The notes beneath the pieces are model-generated. The model ran no database searches and was not told the origin of the DNA. It saw only the letters and a program-made list of their open reading frames with translations. A stretch of 64,000 nt of DNA from Terriglobia bacterium (GTDB lineage Bacteria > Acidobacteriota > Terriglobia > Acidiferrales > UBA7541). The stretch lies in the NCBI GenBank assembly GCA_963695545.1, contig OY968796.1:1344001-1408000 (forward strand), read 5' to 3'. The translations under genes and the position numbers were made by a program. Of this stretch, positions 22,313 through 32,031 are shown in pieces (within the stretch, counting starts at the first letter, position 1; each line of letters opens with the position of its first letter).

Positions 22313-23098
22313 TCAGGAGTCGCCACGATAGCGGCGCCGCTCGATCGAAATCGCGCGCCCTGTCGAAGAATCCACATCGATCCAAGCGCAATTCATCTGC
22401 GTGTTACCCGTAGCCACTTCAAATCGTGCCGGCATCCCGTCAAGAAATCGGCGCAGAACCGCCGCGCGATCCATCCCGATCACGCCGTCATGCGGACCGG
22501 TCATGCCCACGTCGGTCAAGTAAGCCGTCCCGCCGGGCAGAATGCGTTCATCGGCCGTTGCCACGTGCGTGTGCGTTCCGAGCACGACGGAGACGCGCCC
22601 ATCGAGATACCATCCCATCGCCTGCTTCTCGCTCGTGGTTTCGGCGTGAAAATCCACCACGATCACTTTCACGTCCGCGCCCAGCGCGCCCAGCACGCGG
22701 TCGGCCGCGCGAAATGGATCGTCGATCGAACCCATGAACACGCGCCCTTGCAGATTGATCACCGCGTAGCGCACGCCGTTGCGCGCCGTGCCCACGTAGA
22801 CGCCCCAGCCCGGCGTGCCCTCCGGAAAATTTGCCGGCCGCAGCAAGCGAGGCTCGCCCGGAATGTATTCGAGCAACTCTTTGCGATCCCAAATGTGATT
22901 GCCGCCGGTGAGCACATCGATGCCTTGCGCGAGCAGCTCCTCGGCCAGCCGCGGCGTGATGCCGAAGCCCGCGGCCGCGTTCTCGCCGTTGGCTATAACC
23001 AGGTCCGCGCCCTCCTGCGCCACGATGTCGGCCAGGTGGTCGGCCACGAGCTGTCGGCCCGGCGAGCCGACGATGTCGCCGATAAATAGGATCTTCAT
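22313..23098 (-). CDS. ymdB: TIGR00282/YmdB-family metallophosphoesterase
   Basis: MKILFIGDIVG, NGEN, GGNHIWD, DFHAETTSEK, GTHTHV, TDVGMTG. Confidence 0.93.
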   Translation of the reverse strand: MKILFIGDIVGSPGRQLVADHLADIVAQEGADLVIANGENAAAGFGITPRLAEELLAQGIDVLTGGNHIWDRKELLEYIPGEPRLLRPANFPEGTPGWGVYVGTARNGVRYAVINLQGRVFMGSIDDPFRAADRVLGALGADVKVIVVDFHAETTSEKQAMGWYLDGRVSVVLGTHTHVATADERILPGGTAYLTDVGMTGPHDGVIGMDRAAVLRRFLDGMPARFEVATGNTQMNCAWIDVDSSTGRAISIERRRYRGDS

Positions 23099-23284
23099 AT
23101 CTTCATTAAGGCTGAACCCGGCGGACAATTCCGCCTGGGTGCGTTCGGGAAGCGGCTAGTTCGCAAAGCGAAAGTCCCGGACCAGAGGAGTTTTCGCGTT
23201 AAACAACAAAGATGCGCGCCAAAGAAGCAGCGATGCCTGCACATGCGGATTGCCCGCCAACCCCGTCCGCGCGGAAATCGCAGT

Positions 23285-23488
23285 AAGAGAGGGTCCACTT
23301 CGCCGTGTGGAGCTAGATCCTGAACCTCCCGTTTAAGGTGGGCGTCCTGCGCCGGCCTTAAGGCTTGCCCGATGGCGGGTTTTGGCCCGCCGCGGGCCAT
23401 GCGCAACGGCCGTCTGACTCGGACACCCAGAGATTCAGTGTTGGTTCAAAAGATCGTCGCGCCGTCACCTGCGTCGCAGGCCCACTCC
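23285..23488 (-). ncRNA. ssrS: 6S RNA
   Basis: Minus strand has complementary ends (GAGTGGGCC / GGACCCTCTC) and internal TTGAACC...CCCACCTT...GGTTCA pairing typical of 6S; -10 TACAAT at 23495-23500; lies upstream of the TIGR00282 gene, a known 6S context. Ends approximate. Confidence 0.75.
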
Positions 23489-23598
23489 GCGACTATTGTA
23501 GCCCGTCCCGTCCGCCGGGCAAAACACGCCCGCGGACGGCGCGGGCTCCGTTCGGAGCCCGCCGGAACCGAAAATCATCAAGATAATTCGGCGCGCGT

Positions 23599-26454
23599 TT
23601 AGAAGTGGAAACCCAATTCCGCCGTCTCCGTCCGCGCCGAGACGTAGTGCGTCCCGCTGAACGTTGATAAGAAGTTGTACAGCGCCACTTTGTTCGTCAG
23701 ATTGATCACCGTGAAGCGCAAGCTCCACTGGTAACGATCCCTGTGAAACAAATTGTCGTCGCCAACCGACAGGTCAAACAAGTTCCGCGGCGCGATGCGC
23801 GGAGGGTTGTGGTCGTCGTTCTCCGTTCCCGCCGCCGGTATCGAGAGCAGCGGCGAGCCGTATTCCGACGCCGGGCACAGGTTAGCGCCAAGGCTCGAAC
23901 TTATGGGGGTAGTGGGTGTCGCGTGCACGCTCCCGCAGTAAAGGCCGGCCTGGAACTGCTGATCCGGCGACAGCGCGGACACGTCCACCACAGTATCCGT
24001 GCCATTCGGTCCGTTCGCGCAATCCTCGCCGCCGGCGCACGGCACCGGTCCAGCTACAAGCCCGCTGTCATAGCGCCAGTTGAACCCAATCCACGGCCCG
24101 CGTTTCCACGGCTGATATTGGATGTGCGTCGTTTGGTTGAAATTTTCGTCGTGATCGATGCGGAAAACTTCGTTGCCCGTCGGTGCCGCGCCGATGCCGC
24201 TCACTTGCGGCTCAAAGAAGCGCGCCGCCACGTGCGACATCACCACATACGCCGTGAAGCCGTGCACGTTCGGCACCGTGCCGCGCACCGCAAACCCCGG
24301 GATTTTCGAGTGGTCCCACTCGATCGGAAACGTGATCGGCGAATCGCCCAGCACGCTGAAGTCGTATGCCTTGTGCGTGTACTTCCAGATGTACTCGCCG
24401 TTTAAGACGAAGTAACGCCCGAATGCCTGCTGCAAACCGGCGTGAAATTCGTTGCGCCAGCCCGGACTGAGCGGCGTTGTTGTCACGCACGGACTTATCG
24501 TCGAGGCCATGATCGCGCTGATCACCGCGTCATTGCACCCGAGGCTTGCCAGAACCAAGTTTTCGTTAAACGGCGTTTCCAGCGTGCGCGCATAGGAAAT
24601 CTGCAGGACGGTGTTGCTCGGCTTGATGTGGTACGCGATGCCCAGCCGAGGCTCCAGTTGCTGCCCACTCGATATGCCACGGTACAGATCGCCGCGCAGT
24701 CCAAGGTTGAACGTCCAATTCCTCTCCGTAAGCGTGTCCTGCACGTATAAGGCCGCCTCTTTGATGTCCGCGTTTCCACCGTAGGTGTACTCACCGCTCG
24801 TTGAATTGGGACAATCGTCCGATCCCGGCAACGCCGCCGTCCGCGTCAAGTCGTAGCACGCAAGCAGCGGGTTAAACGCTGGCAGTCCACCGCCGTTCAC
24901 CCCCACTCCCTGCCCCGTGTTTGCCACGAGCCCAGATGCTTCGCACGCGCTCGGGTTGGTCAGCAAAGGATTGGTATCCGCCAGTAAGGTATCGCCATAC
25001 AAACAAACGGCGTTGGCGGTCGGATCGACGATTCCCAAACTGTCAGCTTCGTTGAGAAGCGTCGACTCATAATCCCCTCCAATTTGCAGGTTATTGGCGC
25101 CTTTCACGTGCGAATAATTCGCGCGCACGCCGACATTTGTCAGGCTGCGATTCTGACCAATGGTCTGAAGTTGCAGATCGGGCGTGAGGTCTGCGAAAGG
25201 ATCGGCGCTCGGATAATAATTGTATTGATCCCGCCGCACAAAGACGCCCAGCGTGAAAATGGCGTTCGTGTTGATAATGTGCGTCCATGAAGGTGCGATG
25301 TTGAAGGTTCCGATCTTCGATCGCTGATCCTGGATGCCTACGGCCAAGCCGGCCGGCCCCAGGCCGCCGCAGTTGCCGATTTGTCCCTCGGGGCACGTCG
25401 CCGGAACGACCAGACCATTCCACGCCGTCGCATCTTCGGCGTCATACGAATTGGGCGTCTGGAACCACGAACGCGAATAGCCCAAATTCACGCTGATCGT
25501 GTCTTTCGAGCCGAGCTTGAAGTCCACCCGGTCGAAAAGATTCTCCTCGTTGCCGTGGTCGTGCATCACCACGAGCTCCGGCCCATCGAGAAACCGGCCG
25601 GTGTCCAGTCCGCTTGCCGAAATAAAATTGCCCCAGGAATTTCCGCCGTACGAAAGATTGAAGTCGGTGCTCGGCGAGCCAAAACTTCCGTATGACGTCG
25701 TGACGCTCCCGTGCGGCTGGGTCACGCCCAACCCAGACCGCGTGGTCACGGCGATAATCACGCTGGTTTTGTCGCCGTATTGCGCCGGAGGCGCGCCCTC
25801 GATCACCTCCAGCGACTGAATGGAATCCTCGGGAATCTGATTCGAGAAAACCTTGCTTTGCTGATCGCTGATCGGCTGGCCGTCGATCGAGAACGAATTC
25901 GACGCATGATCCCCCAGCCCATGAAACAGCCCGTTCGAGTCCGCAGCGATTCCCGGCGTGGCTAGCGTCACAAGCGAACTCACCGACGAGGATTGGCTCT
26001 CCAGCGGCAACTTGTCGAACAAGTCGCGGTCCACGTCGGTATGCGTCACCGGGTCGTTTTCCACCAAATCCCCGGCTTCGGTGGAGACGATCACGCTGGT
26101 CGATGCCGTACCGATTTTCAAACTCACGTTCGCGCTCACCGGAACTGCCGAACGAACGTCCACGTCCTGAACGTAGGATTGAAACCCCGGCGCCATTACA
26201 GTCATGTGATAAGGATTCAAAGGCACGTTGGAAAACGAGAAATGCCCGTCTGAACCCGAAACGGCCGTGCGATCGAAACCGCTCACCGGATTTTGAATCT
26301 CAACCGTGGCCCCCGCCACGGCCGCTGTGGAGGGATCCGTAACCACGCCCTGCACCGATCCGTAATTCCCCGACTGCGCGTGAAGCGGACTGCCCATGCC
26401 CAAAACGAAGACACACGTCAACATCACTCCGTAGGTCACACATCGCTGAATCAT
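23599..26454 (-). CDS. TonB-dependent outer membrane receptor (carboxypeptidase-regulatory-like N-domain)
   Basis: Signal peptide; GSVQGVVTDPSTAAVAGATV; plug region ...PPAQYGDKTS; barrel motifs (LYVQD, FNLGLRGD, EPRLGIAY); C-terminal Phe. Confidence 0.92.
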   Translation of the reverse strand: MIQRCVTYGVMLTCVFVLGMGSPLHAQSGNYGSVQGVVTDPSTAAVAGATVEIQNPVSGFDRTAVSGSDGHFSFSNVPLNPYHMTVMAPGFQSYVQDVDVRSAVPVSANVSLKIGTASTSVIVSTEAGDLVENDPVTHTDVDRDLFDKLPLESQSSSVSSLVTLATPGIAADSNGLFHGLGDHASNSFSIDGQPISDQQSKVFSNQIPEDSIQSLEVIEGAPPAQYGDKTSVIIAVTTRSGLGVTQPHGSVTTSYGSFGSPSTDFNLSYGGNSWGNFISASGLDTGRFLDGPELVVMHDHGNEENLFDRVDFKLGSKDTISVNLGYSRSWFQTPNSYDAEDATAWNGLVVPATCPEGQIGNCGGLGPAGLAVGIQDQRSKIGTFNIAPSWTHIINTNAIFTLGVFVRRDQYNYYPSADPFADLTPDLQLQTIGQNRSLTNVGVRANYSHVKGANNLQIGGDYESTLLNEADSLGIVDPTANAVCLYGDTLLADTNPLLTNPSACEASGLVANTGQGVGVNGGGLPAFNPLLACYDLTRTAALPGSDDCPNSTSGEYTYGGNADIKEAALYVQDTLTERNWTFNLGLRGDLYRGISSGQQLEPRLGIAYHIKPSNTVLQISYARTLETPFNENLVLASLGCNDAVISAIMASTISPCVTTTPLSPGWRNEFHAGLQQAFGRYFVLNGEYIWKYTHKAYDFSVLGDSPITFPIEWDHSKIPGFAVRGTVPNVHGFTAYVVMSHVAARFFEPQVSGIGAAPTGNEVFRIDHDENFNQTTHIQYQPWKRGPWIGFNWRYDSGLVAGPVPCAGGEDCANGPNGTDTVVDVSALSPDQQFQAGLYCGSVHATPTTPISSSLGANLCPASEYGSPLLSIPAAGTENDDHNPPRIAPRNLFDLSVGDDNLFHRDRYQWSLRFTVINLTNKVALYNFLSTFSGTHYVSARTETAELGFHF

Positions 26455-26595
26455 CCTAGCTCCTTATGGGGCGCCATCTTCGAGTGAAGTGGTCCCTCGC
26501 TGGGCCTCCTGCGGAGGCCGTGGACGAAGGCCGCGCGCTCCCTCTCTAGAAATCGGGAGCGGCGACGTGGCCAGGCGCTTCTTGAGTGTTCGGAG

Positions 26596-26892
26596 CTAGG
26601 CTATCGGGGGTGCGCGAGAGGAAGTTGGAAAAAGCCCCGGTGCAGAGTAGAGATTCGCTTCAGCTTGCGGCGCAAGCGCCACAACGGTGCGCACGATGAT
26701 CAACGAGGGCTGCGCCACCGGCCCCGTGATCGGCATGTGCGCAACTTGGCAGATCGGGCAAGCCGCTTCAGTGTTCGGATCGTGGTGGTGCCACAAGCCG
26801 CCAGCGGCCAGGAAGCAAACGAGCGCAGCGAACGCCGCAGCAAGCAGCACACGCTGTCGAATTCCGCGGATCGAGTTGTCGCGACGCATCAT
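26596..26892 (-). CDS. DUF2946/CruR-like upstream ORF (TM, HHHD, CxxC, C-terminal RAPP), copy 1
   Basis: LLAAAFAALVCFLAAGGLWHHHDPNTEAACPICQVAH...TSSRAPPIA*, directly upstream of the TonB-dependent receptor. Confidence 0.8.
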   Translation of the reverse strand: MMRRDNSIRGIRQRVLLAAAFAALVCFLAAGGLWHHHDPNTEAACPICQVAHMPITGPVAQPSLIIVRTVVALAPQAEANLYSAPGLFPTSSRAPPIA

Positions 26893-27054
26893 CGAATCTG
26901 CTGGAACAAAAGCCCCGCACCGACAGAAAAGACGAATGTTATTCTACACTAGATGGTAGCAATCGCGTCGGGGTTGCGCGCCCCGCCTGACGTTTGGTGC
27001 CCAGCGCGCCACGGGCTAGGCCGCGCAGCGCATGGGCGGACGCATGCCCGCTCC

Positions 27055-27675
27055 TCAGACCTCATGGCAGCACGGCTTTCCCTTCATTGCCTCCCGTCCC
27101 TCGCGGACAATCAGAGGCAGCAGCGCCAAGGCAGCGGCGGGGTCTGCCCAACGTACTCCCCAAACCGCGTGGACGAGGAGTCCCGCCAACGCAATCAACG
27201 CCAGATAGCCACACATCGCGGACTCGGCAGCATCGGCCCGCAATGCGGCACTGGCAGTGGACGCTGAAAGTTGGCGCTTTTGCTTTGCCAGCCAAGGCAT
27301 GATCACTGCCGCGAGGATGAGCACCGCGATTCCGATGAGGCTGGGCCGGGCTTCGATGCGTCCCAGCAGCCCCAGTATCGAAACAAAGGCAACAAATGCC
27401 GCGAGAAAAAAGAGCAAGCCGCCTGCAATTCTTGCCGCTCGCTGTTCCGCGCCGTCTCCGCGAGACGGCCGACGGAAACGCCAGAGCACAACAGCCGCGG
27501 AGAGAAGCTCGACCGCGCTGTCGCCGCCGAATCCGAGAAGCGCCGGGCTGCGGCCCATCCATGCCGCGCCCAATGACGCCAGCGCTTCCACGCTCATCCA
27601 TGCGAGCGTAAGAGTCTGAATCTGCACGATGCGGCGCGTAGTCTCAAGCGCGAGCGATCTTGGCGTTGCAACCAC
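27055..27675 (-). CDS. CDF-like cation transporter (short, TM-only type)
   Basis: WMSVEA...FGGDSAVELLSAAVVLWRF, ALRADA, WADPAAAL; C-terminal CCH. Confidence 0.75.
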   Translation of the reverse strand: MVATPRSLALETTRRIVQIQTLTLAWMSVEALASLGAAWMGRSPALLGFGGDSAVELLSAAVVLWRFRRPSRGDGAEQRAARIAGGLLFFLAAFVAFVSILGLLGRIEARPSLIGIAVLILAAVIMPWLAKQKRQLSASTASAALRADAAESAMCGYLALIALAGLLVHAVWGVRWADPAAALALLPLIVREGREAMKGKPCCHEV

Positions 27676-27702
27676 CGGAGCCCAACCCCCAAATCGTGAG
27701 AA

Positions 27703-30700
27703 TTAAACCTGCAGAACGTCGCCGTCCCGCGCGACCATTTCATACAGCACCGGGTTCACAAAAAATCCCAGAAACAGCCGCGAAAGCAGCCCGGCCACGA
27801 TCACGATCGCAAATGGCTTCTGCGTATCGGATCCAATGCCGGTCGAAAGCGCGGCGGGCAGCAATCCCAAACACGCCACCAGCGCCGTCATCATGATCGG
27901 GCGCAACCGCAGCAGCGAAGCCTCGCGCGTTGCCGTGCGAATATCCTTGCCCTCGATTCGCAGTTTGTTGATGAACGACACTAGGATCACGGCCGTCTCC
28001 ACGGACACGCCCAGCAACGCCAGCAAACCCAGCGCCGAGGAAACGCTGAACGGTGTGTGCGTCAATTTGAGCGCGATCAGCGCGCCCACCGGCTCCGTCA
28101 TCACCACGCCCAGCGCGATCGTCACTGGAAATTTGAAGTTGCCGTACAGCGCGAACAGAATCATGAAAATCAGCAGCAGCGCCAGCGGCCCGATGATCAA
28201 CATCTGGTGTTCGGCTTCCAGAAATTCGCTGTATTCGCCGCCCCACGCCAAAGTGTAGCCGGGCGGCAGCGATTTCGTCACGTCCGCGATGGCGCGCTGG
28301 CCATCCCTCACAGCGCCCTCCAAATCCCGCCCCTCGATGCTGTACTGCACGCCGATGTAACGCGAATTGCTCTCGCGATAAATGAACGAAGCGCCGCTGG
28401 CCTCGTGGATGTTCGCAAGCTCGCTCAGCGGAATCTGCTGGCCAGACGGCGTGCCGACGAGCAGGTCGCCGATCGCCTGCGCGCCTTCGCGGAACTGCGG
28501 CTTCATGCGCACCACCAGGTCAAACAGCTTCTCTCCCTGAACCACCTGCGTGGCCGCTTGGCCGCCCACGGCCGTTTGCACCACGGTCTCCACGTCCGCC
28601 ACGTTGATTCCGTAGCGCGCGATTTTGTCCCGGTCAATGTCGATCAATAAACTCGGCTGCCCCAACTCGCGCACCACGGTTAATTCCGTGAATCCCGGCA
28701 CGTCCTGAAGCCGCCGCTTGATCTCGAGCGCGGTCTGCTGCAGCACATTTAAGTCCGGGCCGTACACTTTCACCGCCAGCGCGCTCTTCAAGCCCGTCAA
28801 CGCTTCGTCCACCGCGTCTTCCGCCGGTTGCGTGAAGTTGAAAATGACTCCCGGAAACGCATCGAACTTCTTCTGCAGATCGGCCGTCAATTCAGCCTTG
28901 TCGTGAATCGAGCTCACTGACCACGAGGCATCGCCATAAGGTTTCAGGCCCACGTAAAATTCATCGTTGAAGAACCCGGTCGAATCCGTTCCGTCGTCCG
29001 GCCGCCCCAGTTCCGAACCAACGTCGGTCACCATCGGATACTGCATCAGAATGTCGCGCACCTGCGGACTGAACTTCGCCGCTTCTTCATAGGAAATCGT
29101 GTACGGCATCGTGGCGCGCACCCAGATCGCGCCCTCGTCCAGATGCGGCATGAATTCCCCGCCGATGAACGGAACCAGCAGCAGCGTCGCGCCGAAAATC
29201 AGCGTCGCCCCGATCATCGTCGTCTTCGGCCGGTCCAGACACCAGTCCAGCTGCCCCGCATACGTCTTCTTGATCCACTCGAATGGTTTGTTCCGGTATT
29301 CGTGCACGCCCTTGCGGAACCACGCCGAGCACATCACCGGCACGAACGTCAGCGTCAGGATCAGCGCCCCCACCAGCGCGATCGACATGGTGTCCGCCAT
29401 CGGATGAAACAATTTGCCCGACGGCCCGGTCAGCGCGTAAACCGGGATGTAACCGGCGATGATCACCGCCACGGAATAAAAAATCGGCCGATCCACGTCC
29501 TTGGCCGCGCGCAAAATCACGTCGTAGAGGTTGTATTCGGTTCCTTCGCGCAGCCCCAGCTCGCGGTAAATGTTTTCGACCATCACCAGCGTGCCGTCGA
29601 TGATGATCCCGAAATCGATCGCCCCGATCGAAAGCAGATTCGCCGCCACCCCGCTCGCGTGCAGAAAAATAAATGAGAACAGCAGCGCCAGCGGAATCGT
29701 CAGCGCCACAATCACGGCCGCGCGCCAGCTCACCAGAAAAAAAATCAGCACGATCAGGACCAGCGCCATCCCGCGCAGCAGGTTCCCCTCGACCGTGTCC
29801 GTCGTCAGCCGCACCAGATCGCTGCGGTCGTAGTACGGCACCACTTTCACGTCCGGCGGAAGCACATGCTCGTTCAGCTCGTTGGTCTCCGCCTCCACGC
29901 CCCTCAGCACGTTTTGCGCTTGCTCGCCGGTCAGCATCAGGATCACGCCTTCCACGGCGTCATCGGTCTTGTTGAATCCGAATTCCCCCAGTCGCGGCGC
30001 GTTACCGATCACCACGTCGCCGATGTCGCGCACGCGCACCGGCACGCCGTTCGCGTTCCCCACGATCACGTTTCCGATGTCGGCCTCGTCCTTCAGCAGC
30101 CCGAGCCCGCGCACGTAATAAAACTGTCCTCCCTGCGAATAAAATCCGCCGCCGGTGTTCGCGTTGTTCACCGCCAGTTGATTCATCACCTGCGGCACGG
30201 TGATGTGATACCCGTACAATTTCGCTGGATCGAGCAGCACCTGGTATTGCATCACCGTGCCGCCGAATCCCGAGTCGTCCGCCACGCCGGGCACTTGCTT
30301 GAATCCGCGCTCGATCACCCAGTCTTCGTAGGTCTTCAGTTCCTGCGCCGTGCGGTCCGGGCTCTTAAGCACGTAGCGGTAGATCAGTCCCGACGGGCTC
30401 GACAGTGGCGCAAGCGTCGGCGTCACTCCGCTCGGATAGTTGACCTCGCTCAGCCTCTCAAACACGATCTGTCGCGCGAAATAATTGTCCGTATCTTCGT
30501 CGAACGTCAGAATGATGTCCGAAAGTCCATACAGCGAAATCGACCTCTGGATCACCATCTTCGGCACGCCGTTCATTTCCACTTCGGTCGGCAGCGTCAC
30601 CAACCGCTCGATTTCCTCCGCCGCGTGCCCCGGCCACTGCGTGATGATCTCCACCATCGGCGGCGAAAGGTCCGGATACGCGTCCACCGGCATGCGTTGA

Positions 30701-30792
30701 AACGAAATGATCCCCGCCACCGCGATGAGCACGGTGAACATCATCACCACAAACCGGTTTTTCAGCGAAAACTGTACGATCCGATGAATCAT
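27703..30792 (-). CDS. CzcA/CusA-family heavy-metal RND efflux permease
   Basis: PVDAYPDLS, TM4 GAIDFGIIIDGTLVMVEN (CzcA-type), GEFMPHLDEG, RLRPIMMTA. Confidence 0.95.
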   Translation of the reverse strand: MIHRIVQFSLKNRFVVMMFTVLIAVAGIISFQRMPVDAYPDLSPPMVEIITQWPGHAAEEIERLVTLPTEVEMNGVPKMVIQRSISLYGLSDIILTFDEDTDNYFARQIVFERLSEVNYPSGVTPTLAPLSSPSGLIYRYVLKSPDRTAQELKTYEDWVIERGFKQVPGVADDSGFGGTVMQYQVLLDPAKLYGYHITVPQVMNQLAVNNANTGGGFYSQGGQFYYVRGLGLLKDEADIGNVIVGNANGVPVRVRDIGDVVIGNAPRLGEFGFNKTDDAVEGVILMLTGEQAQNVLRGVEAETNELNEHVLPPDVKVVPYYDRSDLVRLTTDTVEGNLLRGMALVLIVLIFFLVSWRAAVIVALTIPLALLFSFIFLHASGVAANLLSIGAIDFGIIIDGTLVMVENIYRELGLREGTEYNLYDVILRAAKDVDRPIFYSVAVIIAGYIPVYALTGPSGKLFHPMADTMSIALVGALILTLTFVPVMCSAWFRKGVHEYRNKPFEWIKKTYAGQLDWCLDRPKTTMIGATLIFGATLLLVPFIGGEFMPHLDEGAIWVRATMPYTISYEEAAKFSPQVRDILMQYPMVTDVGSELGRPDDGTDSTGFFNDEFYVGLKPYGDASWSVSSIHDKAELTADLQKKFDAFPGVIFNFTQPAEDAVDEALTGLKSALAVKVYGPDLNVLQQTALEIKRRLQDVPGFTELTVVRELGQPSLLIDIDRDKIARYGINVADVETVVQTAVGGQAATQVVQGEKLFDLVVRMKPQFREGAQAIGDLLVGTPSGQQIPLSELANIHEASGASFIYRESNSRYIGVQYSIEGRDLEGAVRDGQRAIADVTKSLPPGYTLAWGGEYSEFLEAEHQMLIIGPLALLLIFMILFALYGNFKFPVTIALGVVMTEPVGALIALKLTHTPFSVSSALGLLALLGVSVETAVILVSFINKLRIEGKDIRTATREASLLRLRPIMMTALVACLGLLPAALSTGIGSDTQKPFAIVIVAGLLSRLFLGFFVNPVLYEMVARDGDVLQV

Positions 30793-30822
30793 GAAAACTC
30801 GCCGCCCCAGTGTTGAACCGAA

Positions 30823-32031
30823 CTAGTGTTGAATCGAATTCGCGAATTGCAGGAACAGGCTGCCGTCTCCCACCACGTTCTCTCCGGCCGAAAGCCCGCT
30901 GGTTATTTGTGTCTGCCCGCCCTGGCTTTCTCCGATCTCAACCGACCGCCGGCCGAACTGATTTATCCCGCTCTCCACGTACACAAACGGATGATTCTCG
31001 TCGTCGCGCAGCACCGCCGCGTCCGGCACGGCGATCGCATTATCGATCGACCCCGCCGCGACCGTCGCCACGCAGTACATGTTGTTTTTCAGCTTCTCGC
31101 CCGCGTTATCGACCACGATCCGCGCTTGCAGCGTTCGCGTCGTCGGATCGACGGCCGTGGAATTAAACGCGATCCTTCCCCGAAAAATATCGGGATACGA
31201 ATCCGTGGTAACCGAAACCGCGTCGCCCACCTTCACGTCCGCCAGATCCGATTCGTAAACGTTCGCCAGAATCCACACCGTGCTCATATCCGAAATCACG
31301 AATGCCTGCGTCGTCCCCGGCGTCAGCAATTGGCCCGGCGAAACGTCCCGCTCCACCACTTCTCCCGTGATCGGCGCCAGCAGCGGAATCTCCGGCGTAG
31401 ATTTCATCTTCTCCAGATCGGCCGGATTCGTGATGCCCAGAATTTTCAGGCCCTCTTCGGCCGCGTTCAGGTCCGCTTGCGCTTGCGTGCGATCGGACTC
31501 CGCCTGCAACAAATCGCGCTGCGCGATTGCGTTGTGCGAATAAAGATCCTGCGCCCGCGCGTAGTTCAGATCCGCCACGCGAAACGTGTCCCGCGCTTTC
31601 AAATACGTCGCGCGCAACAGCGAATAGTCCGGACTGCTGATCATCAGCAGCGGCTGGCCCTCACGCACGTGATCGCCCGGCACCACCAGGATCCGGCTCA
31701 CCGGCCCGCCCACCTGCGTGATCACCGAAGTCGTGTGAAACGCGTTGTAGGCCACCGCGCCCGTCAGCCGCAGCGTGCGCGCAATCTTCTGCGGCTTGAT
31801 CGTCACCACCTGCACGTGCGCCATCTGATCCTGCGGAATTGTAAAAAGTTCCGGCGTCTCCGATTTCGTGGCGTTGGCGGAAAAAGAAGTCATGTTGCTC
31901 GCATTTTCGCCAGAGCCGCATCCGCCCAGCGCGAATGCAAGCGCCGTCGCGCCCAGCGCGAACCCGAGCGCGATCGCCGCGCCCGCGTCCCACTTCCGTC
32001 CGCCGCTCGTATGCTTCTCCGTCGTTTTCAT
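30823..32031 (-). CDS. RND efflux membrane fusion protein (CzcB-like)
   Basis: Lipoprotein-like anchor (LGGC); APITGEVVERDVSPG, VDPTTRTLQARIV, GLSAGENVV. Confidence 0.92.
   Translation of the reverse strand: MKTTEKHTSGGRKWDAGAAIALGFALGATALAFALGGCGSGENASNMTSFSANATKSETPELFTIPQDQMAHVQVVTIKPQKIARTLRLTGAVAYNAFHTTSVITQVGGPVSRILVVPGDHVREGQPLLMISSPDYSLLRATYLKARDTFRVADLNYARAQDLYSHNAIAQRDLLQAESDRTQAQADLNAAEEGLKILGITNPADLEKMKSTPEIPLLAPITGEVVERDVSPGQLLTPGTTQAFVISDMSTVWILANVYESDLADVKVGDAVSVTTDSYPDIFRGRIAFNSTAVDPTTRTLQARIVVDNAGEKLKNNMYCVATVAAGSIDNAIAVPDAAVLRDDENHPFVYVESGINQFGRRSVEIGESQGGQTQITSGLSAGENVVGDGSLFLQFANSIQH

Noticed and set aside
26503..26519. GGCCTCC-TGC-GGAGGCC as another REP copy
   Set aside because: Arm order is reversed relative to the REP consensus and GTAG is absent; treated as part of the uORF spacer.
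30809..30840. 16-bp imperfect tandem duplication (AGTGTTGAAYCGAAYT) at the MFP gene end
   Set aside because: Only two copies; probably a slippage duplication with no evident function.
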